Part shown: positions 15,528 to 29,052 of the stretch, piece by piece | How the letters are laid out: every line of letters begins with the position of its first letter | How positions within the stretch are numbered: position 1 is the stretch's first letter | Assembly (NCBI GenBank): GCA_964016885.1 | Contig: OZ024742.1 | Coordinates: 141,360,001-141,424,000, forward strand | DNA: 64,000 bases | Origin: Eledone cirrhosa | Lineage: Eukaryota | Reading direction: 5' to 3' | The notes under the pieces: model-generated | Database searches by the model: none | What the model saw: the letters and a program-made list of their open reading frames with translations, nothing else | What the model was told of the DNA's origin: nothing | Made by a program: the position numbers and the translations under genes

Positions 15528-16204
15528 TGCGCTAGCGTGTGTGTGTGTGTGTGTGTTTATGTGTACAATGCATGTGTGCATTAGCATGAATGTATCTGTA
15601 TGTATCTATGAGTCTTTCAGAACCTAACTGTGAACGTAATTGCGAACAAGGAGTGAGAGTGAGAGTGAGAGTGAGAATACCCGTGAATGTGTGCTTCCAA
15701 TATTCAAATGAACTAAATATTGATTTTAACTAGAAACTTCATTTGATTGTACCATATTTCTACGGATTCTATTATAATGACTGAACGAAAGCAACCCCAC
15801 CCTCGTCCCCCATTATGCTCTGAGAACAGTAGCGTCTAATATTCAAATTAGAAGTCTTTAAGAACCTATTTGTTCATATTTACTTGCTTACATTTATATT
15901 TGACATTCATATTTATTATATACGATAGATTTTCATCCAATAAGATTTTCATCCGGGAAGACTTTTATCCTATTAGAAGTTTTTTTCATTTTATTTTTTT
16001 AATAACAATTTTGATTAAACTTGGCTTTCTAAGACATTTAGAAAAGAAACAAAAGATGCCGAAATAAAAAAAAATATTACATTTGATGGATTACTGAAAA
16101 AATTATAATTTTCTTCTGTCTTGTTTATAAATCAACAAATCTTTGAAGATCTGTTTACAGTATTATTGAAATGCTTCTTTAAAAGTAATAATTATGGAAT
16201 GCTA

Positions 16205-16853
16205 ATTTAGGTACAAGGCCAGCAAATTTAGGAGAAGGGAGAAGTTGATTAATCAACAATAGTGCGTGGTTGATATCTTATATTATCGAGCCCGGAAAAA
16301 TGAAAACCAAAATTGATATTGGCGGGATTTGAATTCAGAACGAAGTGAGCTGGAACAAAGACTGTGACAGTTAAAATCCTAATAAATCTGCCGACTTGCC
16401 GCCGTTTTAATAGTGGTTTCTGATTTAGGTACAATGCCAAAAATGTTGGCGAGGAGAAAGTCGATTAAATCTTCACCACTGCGTTACTAGTACTTTATTT
16501 TATCGACCCCGTAAGGATGAAAAGCAAAGCTAACCTCGACGGGATTTGAATTCAGGACGTAAAGGACGGTAACTATATGCTGCAAAGCATGGTGTCCACC
16601 ACTCTACCGATACTGCCAACCCACCGCCCTAAATATTTTCATGTAGATAATGGAATCTGATTTAGGCACAAGGCCAACAATTTTGGGGGAGGGGAAAGTC
16701 GATTAAATGGACCTCAGTGCGTTACTGGTACTTTATTTTATCGACCCCGTAAGGATAAAAAGCAAAGCTAACCTCGACGGGATTTGTATTTAGAGCGCAG
16801 TGAGTTAGAACAAATCCCGAAGTAAATCCTAACAACTCTGCCAATTCACCGCC
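16205..16853 (-). mobile_element. Three head-to-tail SINE copies (~16205-16405, 16422-16630, 16658-16853)
   Basis: Each has a TTTAGG(T/C)ACAA(G/T)GCCA tail, the core and a GGGATTTG(A/T)A B-box complement. Confidence 0.75.
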
Positions 16854-17059
16854 TTTTTTAGAGTAATAATTATCATATGTGACACACAGTATTAGTTTAA
16901 GTACCTTCCTTGTAGATTCTAATCTAGATAACTATAAGTGTAGTCTAACATGGATTGTGTGGTTTAGACCATATACTCGCTGTCTTCGCAAATATGTAGT
17001 TTCAGGTTGATTACTTTGTCCTGCCCTACCTCGAGCGAGTTTCTCGTATACCCCCCCCC

Positions 17060-17130
<71 letters not shown>

Positions 17131-17781
17131 AATAGGAACTGTAGTCCTTTGCATTTCCGGATTTTGACACTCAGGTTTTTGGTGTTTTACACTCCCCTTT
17201 TATCTCATTTGCTCTTAAAACGCACCACTAGATGATAGTATAAGGATTGTAATTCTTTACACTTCTCGATTCTGACACACAGGTTTTCTACTTGAGTTAA
17301 TATTTTTCAAATCTTTCAAATTTTGATATTGATTGTAACACACGCATTTTTAATTTTTTAATTTTGTTTGGCACCCACCACATGAAATGGTGGCAGGATA
17401 GATGCTAACCTACACACACACACACACAAATTCTTCGGAACATAGCAGCCGCACACTAAAACTGACCTGCCAGCTGACCCCTTAACACTGCTACCACTAT
17501 CAACGCAATGGAGGAGGTCAGCTGTACTTAAACAAAAAGAACTACAACGGATTGTCTTGTCTCAGAAAAATTTCTATAGACTTTTGACTGAGGAATGTTC
17601 TCACAATTGACCAATGGGATGCGAGCGTGTCCTATGACGCCGAAATTCGTTTGTTCCATCTCATATGATTCCAGTTCCTCAGAGAAATAACAACACAACC
17701 AGGAGCTGGACATATCGATGTATTGACGGAGTAAAACACACTTCAACAACATGTGTACCTGTCTTTCCCACACCAATTCGG

Positions 17782-17836
17782 ACTGCCTGAAGAAGTCACA
17801 CCCAATGATGGCTGTCACCGAAATATATATAGCAGT
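17782..17836 (+). ncRNA. Type-I hammerhead ribozyme
   Basis: ACTGC-CTGAAGA-stem II-GAAA-TATATA-TA-GCAGT; 5-bp stem I, imperfect stem II. Confidence 0.7.
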
Positions 17837-17962
17837 ATATCTATAATTTATAATAAACGAAGCCAAATTTTACATTACTCCGGAGTAAACAAACCAACCT
17901 GCGTACTTCGTCAAGTGCTCCAATCTGCACACTGAGGTGTCGGTAAACAACCAACATATACT

Positions 17963-18002
<40 letters not shown>

Positions 18003-18018
18003 CTCCGAAAGCATTGCA

Positions 18019-18108
18019 TGTGTCCGAAGAACCCGCAGTTCTAGAATCAGACAGATCCATACAATGATCGTGTCTCGAGCTATCTGCCGGCGAAACAATT
18101 GTAACACA
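18019..18108 (+). ncRNA. Type-I hammerhead, U4C core, 61-nt branched stem II
   Basis: TGTGT-CCGAAGA-ACCCGCAG...CTGCCGGC-GAAAC AATT GTA-ACACA. Confidence 0.7.
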
Positions 18109-18225
18109 CAATAAACTCAGTCTAGATGCATCACTGATTTTTCGTTTTATATTATATCACATTCTGCTCTGTCAGAACATAGAGTGCTCAACTGGCATAC
18201 CGCCTATTGAAGCACTATAGCTACC

Positions 18226-18346
<121 letters not shown>

Positions 18347-18362
18347 TTGACTTATATTCATC

Positions 18363-20463
18363 ATGCAGAAATAACATCTGAATATTTCTACAAAGAACAT
18401 ACCCGTACCAAGCAGGAAAACATACCTAAAACTCCTGATACAGAAAACAGACGCGTTCATTAAAAGGTTGCGTTGGCGTGCCTTTTATTTCGATAATCAG
18501 AGAAAAGCAGACAACAAACAGGATAAATTTGGGTTTAAAACCTATAGTAACCCAGCATTGCTACCATTCGAAAATGATGTCTTGGAACTCATACGGAGTA
18601 TCAAATTTCGGAATAGGAGCAATTCCTTCCAGCAGGACCTGAAGAATAGAATTCGTTCTATTAAGGATTCTAATGCCGTGCACGTCCATTCCGACAAAAC
18701 TGGCAATCTATATCAAGTGGAGCGCAGTACTTACCATCAACTACTACATAATGCTGTAATTAAGGATTACCGTAAAACTAATCGGAGCGTCATTAATGAA
18801 ATCAACGATGTTGGGTTTAATATCACCTCTGATCCTGGACCGGACCGAACCTCTGGACCCTATTTCTCCCCACTTTACCCTGAAGGATCACAAATCCAAT
18901 TTCCCGAACAACCCCTCTATTCGGCTTATTAACCCTACGAAGTCCGATTTAGGTAGACTTAGTAAAAGGATTTTAGATAGGATTATACCTAAAATTAGAA
19001 GTTTGGCTCCTCTTGCACTGTGGAACAATTCTTTCGCGGTGATTGATTGGTTCAATGGCATATGTAACAAGAAACATTGCCGTTTTATCCAATTCGACAT
19101 CAACAATTACTACTCCTCCATCACTTTACCACTTCTCCTTAGAGCTATCAATTTTGCTAAAACACTCGCAGTGGTTAAGGATTTCGAAGTTGATGTCATC
19201 CTCAATGCCCGTAAGTCGGTGATTAATTTCGACGACTCTATTTGTATTAAAAAATCTAATAGTACCCCATTCGACGTGAGTATGGGCGCCAGCGATTCTG
19301 TGGAGGTTACTGATCTTATCGGCCTTTTCCTTCTTTTCTCTATCAAGGAAGAATTCCCCAACGTGGGCGGTGGTTTGTACCGTGATGACGGTCTTTTTAC
19401 CATGACAAAGTGCGGCCCACGTCCTTGCGACAGGTTAAAAAAAGAACTCACAGCCTTCTTTAAACCTCTCCATACAGGTTGAGGCCAACCTCTCGGTCGT
19501 TAATTACCTCGACGTTACCCTCGATTTGTCGAATGGCTTGCACTACCCGTATATAAAGCCGAATGATACGCTTAATTACATAAGTAAGCATTCTAACCAT
19601 CCTGCCAGCATAACCAAGAACCTGGTAAGAAACGTTTCTTTGAGGCTTTCCCGTCTATCTACAAACGAGCATATTTTCAACGACCAGTCCACATATTACA
19701 ATGAAGCTCTTGCTTGGAGTGGATTTGTCGATAAGGTAGCTTATACAGAGTACGAGAATAGACCTAGGAAAAATAGAACCCGACGCATTATATGGTATAA
19801 CCCACCATATAATATGGAGCTGGCCACACCATTAGCTAAGATCTTTCTCTCCCTTATTATGAAGCATTTCCCTCCAGCACATAAATATAGTAACATTTTT
19901 AATAGAAATACCATTAAAATTTCTTACTCTACGACTCCTAACCTTGCTCATAACATCACAGCTTCAAATTTAGCTAAATTACCTAGCTGTAGGAACACGT
20001 GCAACCCTGTAGCGAGTACTAACTGTAATTGTAGGAATCGGGTTGACTTCCCCCTATCCGGGAAATGCCTCTCTAGTAACATTGTCTACAAATGTAAGGT
20101 TGAAACACCCATGTCCCGTAGGGCCTACATAGGGTTAACCGCCAATAAATTCAAGCAGCGTCTTTACATGCACACCCATTCTTTTCTGAACCCTTTAAGA
20201 AGGAATATGACGTCACTTTCAGCTTATATCTGGAGTCTAAAAGACAACCACACCCAATATAGTTTACACTGGGAGATCCTAGTTAAGGCTAAATCGTATA
20301 ACGCAAATAAAAGACCATGTGACCTCTGCGCCGCTGAGGCCCTGGAAATACTCTACGCCAAGACCACATCTTAAACAAAAAATCTGAGGAAATTTCGGCT
20401 TGTAAACATAAATTGCACAAAACTTTCCTGTATTACAGCCCCACATTATACCCTAACGGATAG
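18363..20463 (+). pseudogene. Penelope-like retroelement ORF (Naiad type): RT plus C-terminal GIY-YIG, with about 3 frameshifts
   Basis: STKNIPVP..KRLRWRA; IQFDINNYYSSI; FDVSMGASDS; GLYRDDGL; VNYLDVT; IIWYNPPY; CNC..PLSGKC..NIVY..YIGLT..FKQR; CDLC..E; LNKKSE..CKH. Begins ~20 nt after (CA)n. Confidence 0.9.
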
Positions 20464-21149
20464 TACGAACTATACGCGGATATTTTACGTCCTGATGTAG
20501 TAGCTAAGTATATGTTATGTTAATACCATTACTTATTCGTATAGGTAAGTATATATTACCTGTATGTTTTGTGAAGGTACGTATATTTTCGCGTACGTAT
20601 ATTTGCTTGTACTTGTTATTGGCGTTTATATTATATATACTGGTACATGTGCATTTGGTTATGTGTATACGGGAGTTTTGCGTCTGTGTGAGTATGTGGG
20701 TTTCTTACGTATGTAGGGTGTGTGTATATGTGTACTTTGTGTTGGTTGACGTACGTCCGCGAACATATGTGTCTTTACATGTGGGTGTGTGTATGCGCGC
20801 GTTGTATACGTATTTATGTGTGTATATTATATACGTTTATTTAATTATGTATACACGCACACACACACACATGTGTATATATATATGTTTTTATTTATTT
20901 TTTTATGTGTATTTGGTGTATACGTTCGTATGTGTGCGGTACAGGCGTTGCGTGGGTTCTGTATGTGCGTGTCTGTGGGTGTGTGTGTTTTTTTGTGTAC
21001 GTGCTTGTATTTGCATACCCTGGGGAGTGGTTTCGCGTATGCTTGTGTATGTACGTATATGGATGTGTGCATGTATATATTTAATTTCAATTACCTCTGT
21101 ATTTTATTTACTTTATTCTTAACTCTGAAGCCGAGAATCATTCGGTTTC

Positions 21150-21535
21150 CTAAATAGAATTTTAGTCTACGACTTCACTTATACCATTTACGTGGTTTTG
21201 TCTTTGCGTGTAATTGTTCTCATTGCTCCAGATAATGACGTATTATCTTCGTTTTTTCCCTTCATTGCCAGAGAACGTCTCCATGAACCACCTAATAAAA
21301 TATTGGTCTACGACTTCATTTATACCATAAACGTTATTTTGTCATTGCGTGTAATTGTTTTCACTGCGCCAAATAATGACGTATTATCTTCGTTTTTTCC
21401 GTTCTTCGGTTGCAACGTTTTTTGAAACATTTAATTCTGCGTTCACAGATTGACTTTTTTAGTTTCAGAAGATCCAGTTAAGGGTGAAAGCAGCGATTCT
21501 TTGCTTAAACTTTAATCTGTTATTTTAATAAATAA
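21150..21535 (+). mobile_element. Helitron-related fragment with a ~141-bp internal duplication
   Basis: 21410-21530 is the reverse complement of blocks at 31005-31130 and 37185-37287; GTCTACGACTTCA unit at 21165 and 21306. Confidence 0.6.
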
Positions 21536-21543
21536 ATAAATAA

Positions 21544-21611
<68 letters not shown>

Positions 21612-22007
21612 TTTCCTAGATACATTGTAGTATCATACATATTAAAATCTCGATAACTTGTACATTAAGCAACGTTTTTCTTACTCACACATTCTCTATT
21701 GAATTTATTACGTTTTCGCATTTTCTCATTATTAGGGTATAAATGTCAAATTTTCTCTTGATTAAATCTTAACCATTTAACATCTTATGAAAAAATGTGA
21801 TGAATAACATGGTCAACAGTACAAAAAAGGGGAATTTATTTATAGTCTAACAATTGTTTCTTTGATTGAGTCGTCTAAAAATTGCTGAACACTAGAAGCA
21901 GTGCCACTCAATTTTAAATACAATGCTAGCTCAATCATGTCATCAGAAACTGTTATAAAAATATATATATAACCGGCAAATCTACAAATTCAAATTACAG
22001 TATCAAT

Positions 22008-22188
22008 AATAATTGTTTCTACTATTGGCACAAGGCCAGCAATTACTCAGTACATTACTGGTACTTTATTTTATCAACCCCGTAAGGATGAAAGGCAAAG
22101 CTAACCTTGGCGGGATTTGAACTCAGAATGGCAAGGGCCGTAACTCTATGCGTCAAAGCATGACGTCCGACCCTGTACCGATACTGCT
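22008..22188 (-). mobile_element. SINE inserted in the inverted PLE arm
   Basis: Absent from the direct copy at ~23630; flanked by AATAAT. Confidence 0.85.
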
Positions 22189-22247
22189 AATAATATTAGT
22201 AATAAAGATAGAAAGAACAAAAGAAAGAAAGAGAGATAGATAAAGGA

Positions 22248-22299
<52 letters not shown>

Positions 22300-23685
22300 A
22301 AACGGAAAAATAAAAAGAAGAAGAAAAAGGAAAAAGAAAAAGGAGAAATCAAAACAGAGAACAGAGAAAGATATATAGAGAAAAAAAGATGTAGAGAAAG
22401 GAGGATAGAAAGAGAATAGAAAAGGATATGAGGTAAGAGAAAAAAATGTTTCCAGATTTTATTGGCGAGAGTTGTTGTATTAATGAGCTTCCTGTTAATC
22501 ATAGAGTGTCCAAATGCCCATTACAAAATAGATGCCTAGAGTCTAATATAGTATACCTATGTACTATAAATTCAGGCAGCTTAGCATGGCACTACATAGG
22601 ATCTACAGCTGGAGAATTTAAGAAAAGGTGGTATGTCCACAGACACTCTATGATTAACAGGAAGCTCATAAATACAACAACTCTCGCCAATAAAATCTGG
22701 CAACTCAGAGATGCAAACATGGAATATAACATCAGCTGGACGAAGCTATCAACAGCAACGGCCTATCGAATTGACATGTCCCACTGTGGTCTTTGTAATA
22801 TGGAGCTTTTCCAAATTTTAAAGTATAACAAAATGCTACTTAACAGTAAAATTGAAAGAACTATCTACTGTAGGCATAAAATGGCGACCAAATTTGAGAA
22901 ATTTAGACTAGCTTAATTCATCTTATCTATTCCATAACCCAAATTGTCGCATCATCATCATTATTGTTATAATTGTCACCATCTATCAATGAACCAACAT
23001 CAAAACCTCTTATATTTGCATTCATATTTTATGTATCTCTATCTTTCTATCTCTATTTCTCTCACTAAATTTATTTCATCCCTAGTATTTTATCTTACCA
23101 TATCATTTTCACTTCTAATATAACATACAACTAATTAATCAAATAATTAATTAATTATATAACCAATGCACACATAAATATTTAACATTATCATATTTAT
23201 AACTTCGCATCTCTATATTTTAACCACTTCCAATAATCTTTATATGTTTAAATTTCTTCGCACATTTTACTTATTTATTTTCATATTTTCATAATTTTAT
23301 ATTTCATATTTTGTATCATACTCGATATAATTGTTTGGTTATTCATTTATTTATTTATTTACATGTATTATTTATTCATGTATTAACATTTATTCATGTA
23401 TTAACATTTATTCCTTTATTGTTGATATCATTTTTTCTCTATTCTTTTCTATTCTCTTTCTATCCTCCTTTCTCTACATCTTTTTTTTCTCTCTATATCT
23501 TTCTCTGTTTTCATTTCTCCTTTTTCTTTTTCCTTTTTCTTCGTTTTATTTTTCCTTTTTCTTTCTTTTTTTCCTTTATATATCTCTCTTTCTTTCTTTT
23601 GTTCTCTATCTATCTTTGTTAATAATATTATTATCGATGCTGTAATTTGAATTTGTAGACTTGCCGGTTATATATATTTTTTATA

Positions 23686-23793
23686 AGTTTCTGATGACAT
23701 GACTGAGCTAGCATCGTATTTAAAATTGAGTGGCACTGCTTCTAGAGTTCAGCAACTTTTAGACAACTCAATCAAAGAAACAATTGTTAGACT
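23686..23793 (+). ncRNA. Type-I hammerhead with 79-nt stem II (inverted copy 21844-21951; partial copy ~28795-28830)
   Basis: AGTTT-CTGATGA-CA TGA(C/T)TGAG...CTCAATCA AA-GAAAC AATT GTT-AGACT. Confidence 0.7.
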
Positions 23794-24018
23794 GTAAATA
23801 AATTCCCCTTTTTTGTACTGTTGACCATGTTATTTTTCAAATTTTTTCAATTTTATTACTCTAAGATAAACTTACATAGGAATACAAGTTAAATCATAAA
23901 CTCGCCATCTACATAAACCTCTTGTTGAGTCAAACAAAGCCGTACGCTAAAACTATCCATAATAGAAAGTATTCACAACCTCTAACTGGATTATCTATAA
24001 CGATATTTTGTTATCCCT

Positions 24019-24124
<106 letters not shown>

Positions 24125-24465
24125 TATATATATATATGTGTATATGAGTAGGCTTGGATGCGCGCGGGTATATGTATGTGTGTGAGTGAGTATGTATGTA
24201 TAGGTGTGTATATAAATATGTGTGTGTGTGTATATATATGGATATATATATATATGTATATCTGTGTGTCTGTGTATGTGTGTGTATATCTGTGTATGCA
24301 TGTACCTATATAGGAGGGTGAATATATGCATGTGTACGTGTGTGCACAAACGCGTGAGCGTACGCGCGGTGTGTGTGTGCGTATGTCCCCACAGATAAGT
24401 TTATGATCAGAAGCTCGGAATGTCTGTCTATGTGTGAGCACACGTGTGTGTGGGTGTGTGTGTGT

Positions 24466-25138
24466 GTCGGGTGACGCGCAAGCTAGGGACTGGCAAGGCA
24501 GATCATAACCCCTCGCTCATGTAGCAGTAATTCTGGCGACAGAATTTGGGTGGGTGACAGCTCACGCCTGAATGGAAATGGTCAGTGGGCAGTTCTGAAT
24601 GGTCAAACATACAGATGACGTCTCGAACACTTGACCAATCGACGGGCCGCGCAAACAGGATGATGGCTGATGGTAGAAATTCTAAGTCCAACAGACAGAG
24701 GATTTGCTTCAAAGTCACTAGACGTATCTGAGGAATTTGCGAATCCAGAGTCAGGTTCGATCCACAATGAAAAACATTTGACAGCCTTCCGCTATGAATT
24801 TTTAAGGTTGTGACCACCGTCACACATCCTTAGTCTCAGCAAAAACAAGGGGAAGCAACCGACAACGTTGTTTCTCGCTTGTTGGCGGTTGTCAAGGCTA
24901 CATATCCATCTAGTTTCCGCTGAGACAAGATAAGATAGAATCTTATAGATTTCTCGACTATGTATATGAGCTGACGAAGCTCATTTGCATACGGAGCAGT
25001 AGCCGACCAGACTTTAATCAAAAAATTAATATTGGTGCTCCAACATAGCGTTATACACATATATGTACGTATTCTATACGGGATGTTCATGAAAAACATT
25101 TGACAGCCTTCCGCTGAATTTTTAAGGTTGTGACCACC
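24466..25138 (-). mobile_element. Retrozyme-like element between (TG)n and (CA)n, with a ~322-bp period
   Basis: ~50-bp direct repeat at 24767-24818 and 25089-25138; HHR between the repeats. Confidence 0.6.
24855..24901 (-). ncRNA. Type-I hammerhead with U3-A8 core variant
   Basis: Minus strand: GTAGCC-TTGACAA-C CGC CAACAA GCG A-GAAAC AACGTT GTC-GGTTGC. Confidence 0.72.
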
Positions 25139-25158
25139 ACACACACACACACACACAT

Positions 25159-25244
<86 letters not shown>

Positions 25245-25798
25245 GTGTGTGTGTGTATGTGTGCAATGTACATACATACACGTACACATATGTATATATG
25301 TATGCATACAAGGAACAATTATTTGCATAAATCTCTGTACACATCCGCTTATACTTGAATTTCCATAGGAATAAAGCATTAACTTCTACAGTGCAACGAT
25401 GCTATTTATAGTCTTAAGACTAAGCTATATATGATATATGTGTTTCTTTTCCTGAGGATTATAATCTATTTTAGAATGATAACTATTTGTTATCATTACA
25501 TGTATTTAAAAGCAAACTTAAAAAAAATAAACATGTGAAAACCTACATACAGAATACAGACTTCCAATCATAACACATAATAATACAACAAAATTCGTAT
25601 ACGAATGCCAGAAGGCAAGATGTATCAATATACCAAAGATACGATTTAGTCACAGACATACGCAAAATATACCAGATAACCAACCAAATTGATTACAACC
25701 ACTGTGTTGCTTCTACCTACCTATATACCGACCTACCTGCCTACCTACCTACCTACCTACCTACCTACCTACCTACCTACCTACCTACCTACCTACCT

Positions 25799-26680
25799 GT
25801 CATTCTATAGAGGGTTGGTCCGCAGCAAGTGCGACGACGCGCTCGGTGAAACTCTAGGCGTGGAGGAAGATGAACTGGCCAGTCTGTTCGGTAGGACCTT
25901 CCGCCCGGGACCGATGGACAACTTCCAAAAGTCCCTGGCCTGGCAGTGCTACCGAGGAGCTCTACCAGTTCGAGACAAGCTCTACAGACATGGGCGCCCG
26001 GGCAGGGACCCTGCAAAAAAGATCTGTCCGAGGTGCGTGCGAGACGAAGAAACCGTCGCGCACGCATTCATACACTGCCCGGGCGTCACTGACCTGTGGG
26101 GATATGTGGAACGACTATTGTCGCGGGTGGGACCAATCCAGTTGACCACCGAGTCCATTGTCATGATCAAACCGCCACCCTCCTTCAAAAACGAAGGAGA
26201 GGCGGTTTTCCTTTGTGTGATAGCTATGGCGAAAGAGGTTGTATGGTGGACAAGGTTGAAAGGGCTGAGGTCAGACACCTTTCTCTCCGGCCAACAACTG
26301 ATTCTTTTTTTCAAATACCACTTTGGAAGAAGAATCAGGATGGAGAGAGAGGTGCTGTACCCCAGCAAGTTTTATGAAAGGTGGGTGAAAGTGGCGAGAA
26401 TGGCCCGAGTGAATGGGCCTTCTCTCTATATCAGCCTGTAGGTTGAGGAAAAGGAGGAGGAGAGGAAAGGAGTACAAGCTCTTCGTACTCCTGGAGATGA
26501 GGGTTGCACATTTTTTTCGGGGGTCTGTGTTACCCATATAAACTGTCTCCCTCTATTGGGGAAAATCGACTAACTTTTAAATTCCATCTGTGATAACATT
26601 TTACACGTTTTTATTGTATGTAAACTTCCCCCTTTGTATTTGTCCCCTTCTTTTGTGCCCCTGTGGCTAATAAAGAAATA
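25799..26680 (+). mobile_element. 5'-truncated Tx1/L1-clade LINE (copy A)
   Basis: Nearly identical to 57482-58365; zf-RVT CPRC..HAFIHC; preceded by (CTAC)n and followed by AATAAAGAAATA(TATC)n. Confidence 0.93.
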
Positions 26681-26748
<68 letters not shown>

Positions 26749-26954
26749 GACCTAGCTATCTGCCTGTCTGCCTGTTGCTTTGTTCTAGAGATCTTAGTAA
26801 TCCATAATAGTGTAAATAAATAAGTTGACTTACTGATTTTACAACGAAGCTACAATGTTTCAACAAAGCGAGTGTTTGAAAATGAATAAACAAACATACA
26901 TACATACATACATACATAAACACACACACACACACATTCATTCACACACACACA

Positions 26955-27013
<59 letters not shown>

Positions 27014-27415
27014 TATACACATTATACACACACACACACACATATATATATATACATATGTATATACATTTAGATGTAGCACTACGATAGCGTTTAAGCA
27101 TAATAATGTATATATGAAAGCATATACAATATGTTTATATACAATAAATATGTTGGTAACTTCGCTATCAAAGAAAAATATTTTTTCTTTGATAGCGAGG
27201 TTACACACATACACACCCTTATATTAACATACTTTTGCTCATAGCTTCGTACTTACATGCACACACTCTTTTACTCACATATACACACACATTTCTTTTT
27301 AGCTTCGCATGGACGTATAATAACACACACACACACGTGCTTACGCACGTGCACAAGTATAGTTCTTTTTTTGTTGTTATTTCTGTTTACCTTTTGCACC
27401 CATATTATATATACA

Positions 27416-27532
27416 GTCTGAGTTCAAATCCCGCCGAGGTTAACTTTGCCTTTCATCCTTACGGGGTCGATAAAATAAAGTACCAGTAATGTACTGGGTA
27501 ATTGTTGGCCTTGTGCCTAAAGTAGAAACAAT

Positions 27533-27533
<1 letters not shown>
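27416..27533 (+). mobile_element. 5'-truncated SINE
   Basis: B box, core and tail. Confidence 0.85.
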
Positions 27534-27613
<80 letters not shown>

Positions 27614-27694
27614 GGTAAACAGAAATAACAACACAATCGGTACAGTATATGGAAGGAATATATTAGGTTAACGCTTGAAATAGCAGGAAAAGAA

Positions 27695-27728
27695 TCCTAA
27701 CGTTTCGGACGCTAGTCCTTCATCAGTT
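27695..27728 (-). ncRNA. Minimal PLE-type hammerhead motif
   Basis: Minus strand: CTGATGA-AGGAC-TAGC-GTCC-GAAACGTTA; stem I not paired. Confidence 0.55.
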
Positions 27729-28142
27729 ATAGTGGTGTGTAAGTATAAAGATGTGATGAGGGTAGGAATATTATTAATATGAAAATAAATATTAAATATA
27801 TACATATGTATTGGTTAAATGCCAGATGCTTAGAGTAGGAAGAAAGAATATAATGATAAATAACATATAAAAGATAAATTAATAAATTAGAAGTTAGGTC
27901 AGAGGTTAAGAGATACAGGATAGGATACAAGAGAAGAAGTGAAATAGATTTAGGGAGAGAGAGTGAAAGAAAGTGAAAGAAAGTGAAAGAAAGTGACAGA
28001 AAGTGAAAGAAAGGTTATGAGGTTTATAATGTTGATTTAGTGATTAGTTGGTCTGTTGAGAGTTAATAATAGTGGGTTGGTATGTAGTTATTATAATAGA
28101 CTCTGGGTGGTTCAGCTTGAATTATGGGATTGTTGGATCGAA

Positions 28143-28580
28143 TCATGTTGGTTTGAAATTTGCGAATTTTGTAGCTGCTTTGTGCCTACAGAAAATTGAT
28201 CGTTCTATTTTGCTGTTGAGCAGCATTTTGTCATACTTTAAAATATGGAACAGCTCCATATTGCAAAGTCTGCAGTGGAACATTCCATTTTCGTAGGCCT
28301 TTGCTCCCGATAATTTCGACCAGCTAATCCTGTATTCTTGGTTTGTATCCTTAAGCTGCCAGATTTTATTGGCCAGCGTTGTTGTGTTCTCTAGTTTTTG
28401 GTTCTCCATAGAATGCCTGTGAACATACCATCTTTTTTTGAACTCCCTAACCGTAGAACCTATGTAGTGCCATGCTAAGTTGCCCGAATTTATAGTACAC
28501 AGGTACACTATATTTGATTCCAGGCTTCTATTTTGTAGTGGGCACTTATCCGGTAAGTGGCAGTTACATTTGGAGGCCTT
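28143..28580 (-). pseudogene. Naiad-type PLE GIY-YIG fragment
   Basis: KCNCHLPDKCPLQN..NIVYLC..YIGST..FKKRWYVH..CRLC..LLN..CRH; paralog of 22511-22916. Confidence 0.88.
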
Positions 28581-28794
28581 CCTGTGTGCAGGTTCTCCGT
28601 TGCGGTTTTGTATGTTGTTATGTATGGGCTGAGATTTAGGTTTGTTGATGTTCTGTTGTGATGCGTTCTGACGTGTGTGTGGTTGTGATGTTGTTATGTG
28701 TTTGTGTTTTGTATTTGGTATTATGCTGTTTGTTTGTAGGTTATTTTTATTTAGAGATTCTTCTATAGTTAATTTTATGTATTAGTGATTTATT

Positions 28795-29052
28795 AGCAAC
28801 CTTTAGACATCATAATCAATGAAACAATTGTTAATATTGTAAATAAAACCCTTTTTGTACTGTTGACCATGTTATTCTTCACTCTTTCACTATTATTACT
28901 CCAAGATTAACCTGCATAGGAATTCCTGTGAACTCGCCACCTAACCAAGGAAACCTCTTGTTGAGTCAAACAACGCCATACGTTAAAAATATCCATAATA
29001 CAGAGTACTCACAACCTCTAACTGGATTACCTATAAATGATAATTTGTTATC

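Larger units (their letters stand above)
21790..24017 (+). mobile_element. 5'-truncated Naiad-type PLE with an inverted upstream copy of its 3' region
   Basis: GIY-YIG C-terminus 22511-22916 (CPLQNRC..NIVY..YIGST..CGLC..LLN..CRH); 21790-22445 inverts ~23425-23840; 22448-22510 inverts 22641-22703; ends at (TA)n. Confidence 0.85.

Noticed and set aside
18363-20463. Possible selenoprotein Naiad (in-frame TGA at Cys positions)
   Set aside because: No in-frame TGA seen at conserved Cys positions here or in the 22.5 and 28.1 kb fragments; the breaks are frameshifts or TAA
24721-24785. Plus-strand CTGAGGA...GAAA with a plausible stem II
   Set aside because: Stems I and III do not pair convincingly
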